Positions 55,433 to 64,000 of a DNA stretch of 64,000 bases are shown here, piece after piece. This DNA comes from Octopus vulgaris (lineage: Eukaryota). The notes below the pieces were generated by a model. It did not search any database and was not told the origin of the DNA. It saw only the letters and a program-made list of their open reading frames with translations. Location: contig OX597828.1 of the NCBI GenBank assembly GCA_951406725.2, forward strand, positions 57,660,001-57,724,000, read 5' to 3'. Position 1 is the stretch's first letter. Every line of letters starts with the position of its first letter. A program made the position numbers and the translations under genes.

Positions 55433-55499
55433 TGGCGGTGCCCCAGCATGGCCACAGCTCATGAGCTGAAACTAGAATCAATCAATCAATCAATCAATC
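55433..55499 (+). mobile_element. SINE-A-related 3' tail fragment ending in (AATC)n
   Basis: GGCGGTGCCCCAGCATGGCCACAG...CTGAAAC. Confidence 0.65.
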
Positions 55500-55599
55500 T
55501 TAATAATAACGGAGAACCAAGTTTAAGAGGCATTTGATCATACATCTTGTTCAGATCAATTCTGAGTCAAAACAGTAACAAGTTAATTGTACCAATCTA

Positions 55600-55900
55600 A
55601 AGAAATCGTGCAGTTTCACAGTCATGAATATTTTGAACAATTTTTTCTTGGAATACAAAACACTGTAATAGAATGAACCAATCAAATTCCCAGGACCATT
55701 TATTTGCAATCAACACATACACAATGATGAACCCGCAAATCCATTCCAAAGCATACAGACACTGCCACACCCATAGCAGCTATACACTCAACATAAAATC
55801 TTTCGTGTCATTATCTTTTGCACCTAGTTTTACCCCATTTTCCTGAGATAAGGTCTCTCTTTTTATATGATGTCATGAATTAACGAATCACTCTCAATTT
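55600..55900 (-). mobile_element. Decayed Tc1-like transposase fragment
   Basis: 'GKTRCKR**HERFYVECI', 'YGCGSVCMLWNG', 'GNLIGSFYYSVL' match the Tc1 DDE region. Confidence 0.55.
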
Positions 55901-56681
55901 TAGTTTGTGTTCAGTGCTTATAATAGTTGTTCAAAATCGCTCGGTTATCCTTACTTGAATCTACTTAAAGTCAAATTTAAGACGTAACAGTTTTTTTTGT
56001 TTTTTAGCTGAGCTGTAGCTGACGCAGCATATTTCCATCTATATCTCAGTTAGTTGTCTAGTTCTACATTGTTGTTATATAATAAAAAGATGTTTTCAGT
56101 AATAAATTGTCTTCTGAAAAACGATATAACAAATAAATATTTTCTCTCCGTTGTTTAAGAACATATCTCGTTTAAAGCTATCATTTAAAATAAATGTTAT
56201 ATTTGTAACCCTTTGGCAAATGATAACAAAAGCTGTCTAAAGCTTGTATTATTTTCCTCTGTCATTCAGACTGAAACAGTATTTTAGATGCACCGGCATC
56301 TTTTCTTTTTGCCCGTCTCTTTCCTTTGACGATGATTATTTGTTACTGACATCAATAAATTTATTTTGTTAATGCAAAGTACCTCTTCTGAACCAACTTT
56401 AGCTATGAGTTTCTATTCTTATTTTCTTTACTAGCATTTTTTAAAATCGCTAACGTGTAAGATCTAAAGAAAAATATTATATCGTTTTTTTACAGGAAAT
56501 CGTTTTTTGGAATGGAAAATAAGCACGCGCTTATATGCAATAGTCATTGCATATCAAAATGACAAGATGATGAATGAAAAAACGCACACACATACACGTA
56601 CATATATATATATATTTACTTATTTATATATATATATATATATACAGAGAGAGAGAGAGAGATGGATAGATGGATAGATGG

Positions 56682-56716
<35 letters not shown>

Positions 56717-56899
56717 CATACATATATGTATGTATGTATGTATGTATGTATATATATGTATATTCGACATCAGATTTCAATATAACAATTTCACTAAAAT
56801 TTGCTATATATAAAATATCGTAAACTTCATCGAATTATAAATCATTCGGTTCCCTTGCATGGAACAATCACTGCTCCAGATTCTAATTCCATCTCGTTA

Positions 56900-58810
56900 T
56901 ATTTTTATTGCCTGCTTGTTATAATGGATTCCGTTGTTTTAAACCTAACAAAGATATACCACGTCCTCTCCACCCACCACAGATTATCTTCTTAAACTTG
57001 TCAATCAAATCTTGCGTGAAACACTTTCTTACTATCCTCCCAAGTAATGCTGTCTTTTGAAATATTCCAATGATCACAAGTTATTTATCTGCAGCAGTCC
57101 AAGCTCAATATCAGCATTGACATGATAGGAATAGCTGAAAAATTACAAACTTTGTATCTGTGCTCCCACAAAATAATTAATTCCCGCCTCTATGCAATCA
57201 TACTATTGAATAATACTGAATAATTAATATTTATTTAGTTTCCAAGACTTCTTCCATATCATCCGATAAATAAAGGAAGAACAGTCATTCCGTAAATGGA
57301 CACAGTGATATGAGAGCGATATGAGATCTATCCACCTCAACAATACAGACTGTTTTTACCTGTTGCTACTTCCCCATATTGTCAAAGAATCTACGTCATT
57401 TGTGAATCTCAAATGATTTGCAAGAAAAGTGTTCATAACAGACTCTGTAACATGTCTTCATGAACTCTTACAGCAAAATGATCACTAAAACAGACTCTGG
57501 AAAAAGAAGTGGTCACCTCCAATGCAAGTCAGATAAGACAGCTGTTTTCTACAATAGAGATTGCATATCAAATTGGCAAACATCCACATCTACTTTCGCA
57601 TGAATACAAAAACAATCAGTCAAAAGTCAATTTGGACCCAATTGAAATAGAGAATGACAAAATTTACTTGGAATTTTACCCCGTCATCTAAAATCAAGCT
57701 CGTCATGCCTTCTTCAGTTCAGTTACTATATAGCACATTAATTTAATGTGAGACACCAGAACTTATTCAAGAAATGGAAGTAGCACATGACATTTTCTAG
57801 AAAAGAATTTACGATATTTAACCACAGATCACTGCATCATGCAAAGAACAGAAAATTGCAAAAGAGCATATCTGTATAAATGTATCCGGTGAAACTTGCT
57901 TGTAAGAATCTCCTGATTGATTCAAATGTCAATACCGCAACGCCTTTGGTTGGATGAAAAACTACACACACAAGGCTACAGTTACTTCTAGATCTACACC
58001 CTGTTCATAAACAATCTCTGTGCAGCATCAGGAAGAACAGATCTAAAAGCAATCTCCGGCAATGGAGCATGTTGATCATCTACGATGAAGCAGGTACACA
58101 CCACAAACGAGCAGCTAAGCCGCGGAAAAGTGAATGCAGGATCCAGGGAACAACACATGGGAATTGTGAGGAGTAGCTAACAGGCTTGTTGACGATTTCA
58201 GACAAATCCTGCTCGTAATTCCTCGAGCGGTCTAATTCAATGCGGTCAATGCCACTCTTAAAACTTCCAATCTTCGGCCCTATGTTCAATGAACGTAACT
58301 TAGGACCAACATGCGAGTATGTCTGAAGATGCAGTTTGCACGTTTGTCACTCAACAACTTCAAAGGGATTTCAGCAACCAAATTCAATCGCTGCCAGTAT
58401 ATATCATTGAAACAGAATTAAAAATATTTGCCAGGGTCTCTCCTAAAATTCACGCCGGGTAATGGGATCTCATATGGCTATACGAATGAGAAACCATAGC
58501 AACGAAAAATGTTACAGTGAGAGAAATCAACAGGTCACTGGACATAACTGGCTAGAATAGATGCAACAATTCAATAGAGCCACTTTCGAATTGTAAGTTA
58601 TCGTACCAAATTCCTGAAAAACCTGGGGAACTTTCCAAGCAACATGCTGATGAAATTTGAAACATTGATGTTTACAAAACACTGCAACACAGCAATGGCA
58701 CAAAACCCACAGTCAAATATATGATACCTCTTGTCCTGGAGATAACAATTTTATCAGGAATTGTCGATGGCAGTTATTTCATGCTGAAAATAGTAGTGTT
58801 AGTTTCCTGT
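56900..58810 (+). mobile_element. Decayed Helitron RepHel (post-Rep linker plus PIF1-like helicase)
   Basis: 'HLNNTDCFYLLLLPHIVKESTSF', 'SQIRQLFS', 'LIIYDEA', 'DFRQILLVIPR', 'LRTNMRV', 'NGTKPTVKYMIPLVLEITILSG'. Confidence 0.88.
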
Positions 58811-58835
58811 CAAACAGTTTTGAAACGGTCATCGA

Positions 58836-59222
58836 CAAGTAGCTTGCTTACTAACCACATGGTTCCGGGTTCAGAGCTACTGCGTGGCACCTTGGGCAAG
58901 TGCTTTCTACTATAGCCTCGACTGACCAAAGCCCCGTGAGTGGATTAGATGGAAACTAAAAAAGCCCGTTGTATATATGTGTATACATCTATATGTATGT
59001 GTGTGTGTGCGCGTGCATGTGTGTGTGTGTACATATCTGTTTGTGCGTCTGTATTTGTTCCCCAATATTGCTTGACAACCGATGCTGGTGAATTTATGTC
59101 CCCGTAACTTAGCGGTTCGGCAAAAGAACCGACAGAAAAGGTACCAGGCTCACAATGAATAAGTCCTAAAGGCGGAGCTCCAGCATGGCAGCAGTCAAAT
59201 GGTTGAAAGAAATAAAAGAATA
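58836..59222 (+). mobile_element. SINE family A
   Basis: Near full-length match to 59637 copy; interrupts Helitron. Confidence 0.9.
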
Positions 59223-59240
59223 ATTGAATATATTAACGAG

Positions 59241-59284
<44 letters not shown>

Positions 59285-59636
59285 AATACACGTGTGTGTG
59301 TATTCTAACTCAATGTGTGACTGTTAGATATGGAACATAGTTTCATTATATAATCACAGACAATAAAAAATCTACTCTCTTCAGAAATACTAGAATTGCC
59401 ATATATGGTGTTTTTAAAAGAGCTATGATAGTAGATAAATTTCAGTTGGGGAAAATAATACAATAAAAAGAAATAAATTGAATAAAGTAAAAAATTAAAA
59501 TAAAGATTATTTTATAGATTTGTATTCTAAAAATTTCACTGATCATTCCATAGTACTTATATGAATAAATCATATGAATAAAAGACTCGGGAATAATATG
59601 ATGAAATGAAGAAACAAATATATAAAATGAAATAGT

Positions 59637-60043
59637 AGGCGTAGGAGTGGCTGTGTGGTAAGCAGCTTGCTTACCAACCACATGGTTCCGGGTTCACTCC
59701 CACTGCATGGCACCAGAGGTTATGTGTCCTCTATTATAGCCTCAGACCGACCAAAGCCTTATGAGTGGATTTGGTAGACGGAAACTGAAAGAAGCCCGTC
59801 GTACATATGTATATGTATATATGTATGTGTGTGTATATGTTTGTGTATCTGTATTCGTCCCCCTCAACATCGCTTGACAACCGATGCTGGTGTGTTTACA
59901 TCCCCGTAACTTAGCGGTTATACATAAGATACCGATAGAATAAGTGCTAGGCTTACAAAGAATAAGTCCTGGTGTCGATTTGCTCAACTAAAGGCGGTGC
60001 TCCAGCATAGCCGCAGTTAAATGACTGAAACAAGTAAAAGAGT
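59637..60043 (+). mobile_element. SINE family A, full length
   Basis: AGGCGTAGGAGTGGCTGTGTGGTAAG...GACTGAAACAAGTAAAAGAG. Confidence 0.92.
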
Positions 60044-60293
60044 ATATGGACAACAAGCTTAAAAGCCCCCTATCGGGCTTCTTTTAAGCTAGCTATGTGC
60101 AGGGCTCTTCACTAGGCCCTGGGCCCAAGAATTACACTTCATGCATTGAGTACATATTAAATTTTATTAAATTTCATTAAGCAATGAGCAATGTTTATCA
60201 ATAGAATATTGTTTGTCGGCTTGGAACTTATGGCAAAGCTGCATGATAAACATTTTTCGTCTTCACATTCAGGGATCAGTAAATTCTTTTTCT

Positions 60294-60365
<72 letters not shown>

Positions 60366-60418
60366 GTTGATTGTTTTCAACCATCACCAGAATCACCACC
60401 ATCGCCACCGCAACTGCC

Positions 60419-60842
60419 ATACAAACTAGGATTTTCGTGCAAAAGTTGGTTTAATCGCTCTTCATCGAACTCAACTGGACGGCCAGAAGGAGGTACGTCT
60501 TGGAGGTCAAAATTTCCATTTTTGAATTTGGCATACCAATCACGAGTGGTTCTTTCAGGTATGGCACCCTCTCCATACACAGCACAAATGTCGCGAGCGA
60601 CTTTTGAGGCCTTAGAACCTTGATTAAAAGCAAAAAGAAGGAGGTATCGAAAATGCTCGTTTTTCTTAACTTGACATTTCAATTTAATAGTCTGAAAATT
60701 AACTAACATTAACTAGAAAAAAAAAATAGATTCCAAGATGATTCAAAAATAGAATTCTCGAGAAAAATAGATTCCGAAATTTAAAAACGCAATAAATTCC
60801 AAAATTTAAAAAAACCGCGGGAACTTAGTTGCCAAGCCAATA
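60419..60842 (-). mobile_element. mariner transposon 5' end with HTH region, truncated
   Basis: 'EHFRYLLLFAFNQGSKASKVARDICAVYGEGAIPERTTRDWYAKFKNGNFDLQDVPPSGRP'; TIR ATTGGCTTGGCAACTAAGTTCCCG. Confidence 0.92.
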
Positions 60843-61878
60843 ATTAGATAGGGTAAACTTACAGAGGTTGACTAGTAATCGTAATATAAATAGTGTATTT
60901 ACGTTAAAGATAATACGTTAATTCTTAATATTATGTAGGAAGACCATATGGTACATATGTGGACATGGCGTTATTACATCATTTCGTTAGTTAATGAGCG
61001 TTGATTTGCATTTAATTATTTTATAAGTCTCAGTTATATGCATTATACATAGAAAAATAAGTGCTGAAGAAAAAGTAGGAGTTCTTGCAATATGCATATG
61101 CGCCAATTACCTACTTCTAACATCGATAGCCTTGTTTATGTAGACGTATTCGTATACGAGACATCGTAACCATCAGTCCTGGCTCTAGTTTCAATGGAAA
61201 ACCTGTAGAGATGACTATAAAAAGTGATTGATTTGTACTGCTAGCACAAGTACTGTGCACATAGTTGGTTCGATAATATAGATGCATAAGAAATACTCTG
61301 TTCCTGTTACCAATTAATGTGTGTTTGTGTATGTATGTATGTATGTATGTATGTATGTATGTGTGTGTGTATGTATGTATGTATGTATGTATGTATGTAT
61401 GTATGTATGTATGTATGTATGAAATAATCTTCTTGCAATTCAAAAAAGTTAATATATTCTCATATTCTTTTCAGAACATTATTACTTTAAGCAATTGTTG
61501 AACAACTTGTATTGTAGACACATAATCTCTGCAATATTTGAATCCTGTAGACACATAATGACAAATATGTCAGCTGCTACGTCTAGGTTTCTTTTTTTTT
61601 CTGATTGCTTTATATTAAATCACATAATCTAATACATATTTCTGTTAAAAAGACGATAAAACGTGATTTGGGAACAACTTGGGAGATCAATCCGTCACTG
61701 ACATTTCAAAAGCTGTAACGCTGCTTGTATTAATTACTGTAAAACCTATATTTTTGATGTGATTATTCTGAATTTAAAACATCAAAGTCTCCATAGAAAC
61801 CATCGTTTTCTTTCGTATTTCAGTGACGTCATCGGGTGTTTGCAACAGCAAGTCCGGAATCGGGAAAACAGGATCGAC

Positions 61879-62519
<641 letters not shown>

Positions 62520-62619
62520 ATGTCAACATTTCATCTAATTTGATTGTCAAACCTATGTAAAGCTTTGCTGTGATATACGTTTCTTCCGGATATTTTGAAA
62601 TGCTAAGTTCGTGATCCGA

Positions 62620-62755
62620 AATATCCCAGTCAGATGAATCCAGGTTCACTACCGCTGCATGGCACCTTGGACAAGTGTCTTCTACTATAGTCCCAAGCCA
62701 ACTAAAACCTTGAAATTAGATTTCATAGAAGGAAACTGAAAGAAGCTCATCATAT
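62620..62755 (+). mobile_element. SINE family A fragment
   Basis: GCATGGCACCTTGGACAAGTGTCTTCTACTATAG. Confidence 0.8.
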
Positions 62756-62839
62756 AGGTTTATTGCTATACATTCATACATGCATTCATGAATACACACA
62801 CACACATACAGATATTGTGTATGTATGTATGTATGTATA

Positions 62840-63131
62840 TCACGTCACGTGACCGACCAGGCTATCAGATGTTGCTACACATCGCTGGTCACAATGCGCT
62901 TCGTATTGTTTTAGCCTTCAAATGACGCCACCCCGCTGGCTAAGCGAGCAGGCCAACAGAAGAAAGAGTGAGAGAGAGTTGCGGCGAAAGAGTACAGCAG
63001 GGATCGCCACCACCCCCTGCCGGAGCATCGTGGAGCTTTAGATGTTTTTGCTCAATTAACACTCACAACACCCGGAATCGAAACCGCAATCCTACGACCG
63101 CGATTCCGCTGCCCTAACCACTGGGCCTCCA
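62840..63131 (-). mobile_element. SINE family B1
   Basis: Reverse complement of B1 consensus. Confidence 0.9.
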
Positions 63132-63139
63132 CATGTATG

Positions 63140-63197
<58 letters not shown>

Positions 63198-63201
<4 letters not shown>

Positions 63202-63408
63202 TTTGAAAAAAAAGGAAAGAATGACTTCACTGGTAATTGTAATCAGTTTAATCTTTCATGTTTTAATCTTTTAATAATATAAATTCTACACTTTTGTTCG
63301 TAGATCAACGAACTAAAATGTAGAATTTATATTATTAAAAAATTCAAACAAGAAATGAAACTGATTGGAACTTCCGGTGCAGTGACTCTATTTCGTTTCT
63401 CAAATATA
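63198..63408. repeat. ~210-bp imperfect palindrome (fold-back element)
   Basis: TTTTAATAATATAAATTCTACA...GTTCGT / ACGAAC...TGTAGAATTTATATTATTAAAA inner arms; AATCAGTTT/AAACTGATT and TATTTGA/TCAAATA outer arms. Confidence 0.88.
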
Positions 63409-63462
63409 CCTAACTGTACCAAGGATCTCACACATTTTCCAATTTATATACACATATATATG

Positions 63463-63778
63463 TGGAGGCGCAATGGCCCAGGGGTAAGGGCAGCAGATTC
63501 GCGGTCATAGGATCGCAATCGCGGTTTCGATTCCCAGACCGGGCGTTGTGTGTATTTATTGAGCGAAAACACCTAATTCTCCACAAGGCTCCGGCAGGAG
63601 GGGGTGGCGATCCCTGCTGTACTCTTTCGCCAAAACTTTCTCTCACTCTCTCTTCTGTTGGCCTGCTCGCTTAGCCAGCGGTGGCGTCATTTGAAGGCTA
63701 AAACAATGCGAAGCGCATTGTGACCAGTGATGTGTAACATCATCTGATAGCCTGGTCGGTCACGGGGATCACGGGGAT
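63463..63778 (+). mobile_element. SINE family B1, full length
   Basis: Same head and body as 2560 copy. Confidence 0.9.
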
Positions 63779-63824
63779 ATATATATATATATATCTATGT
63801 ATGTATTATCTGACTTTATGTGTA

Positions 63825-64000
63825 TATAACTGTGTGTTCATCTTTGTGCTAGTGCCCCCACCCCACCCCAACTATCGCTTGCCAACAGATGTCAGTTGGT
63901 TTACGACCCCGTTATTGAGCGGTTCAGCAAATCAAACCAATGGAATAAGTACCGCCGAGCTTCAGTAAATATACAGGAGTCGATTAATTCGATGAAAGTC
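63825..64000 (+). mobile_element. SINE family A 3' part, diverged
   Basis: ATCGCTTGCCAACAGATG...GCGGTTCAGCAAA...GAATAAGTAC. Confidence 0.65.

Overview
AT-rich eukaryotic (metazoan) DNA saturated with microsatellites and transposon relics. The SINE families resemble octopus/coleoid tRNA-derived SINEs, so an Octopus genome is inferred but not proven. No host protein-coding gene, rRNA, tRNA or CRISPR array could be supported, so the window reads as intergenic or a large intron. Retroelements: a young 5'-truncated RTE LINE with an open 450-codon RT frame (18266-19618, minus), other RTE pieces, L1/Tx1-like and R4/Dong-like LINE fragments, several Penelope-like elements (GIY-YIG), and about 25 SINE copies of three families. 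DNA transposons: three to four decayed Helitron RepHel segments, a Chapaev3-like transposase, mariner/Tc1/piggyBac/Merlin-like relics and a MITE. The most notable signal is a cluster of sequence-diverse minimal type-I hammerhead ribozyme motifs: three with an intact core (23151-23195, 44845-44895, 47191-47258) and five variant or decayed. One lies in a ~472-bp tandem repeat with retrozyme/pLTR-like architecture. There are also long fold-back structures, a hairpin minisatellite in an RTE 3' UTR and a structured RTE-like 5' leader. All family assignments come from motif recognition by eye, and boundaries of decayed elements are approximate.
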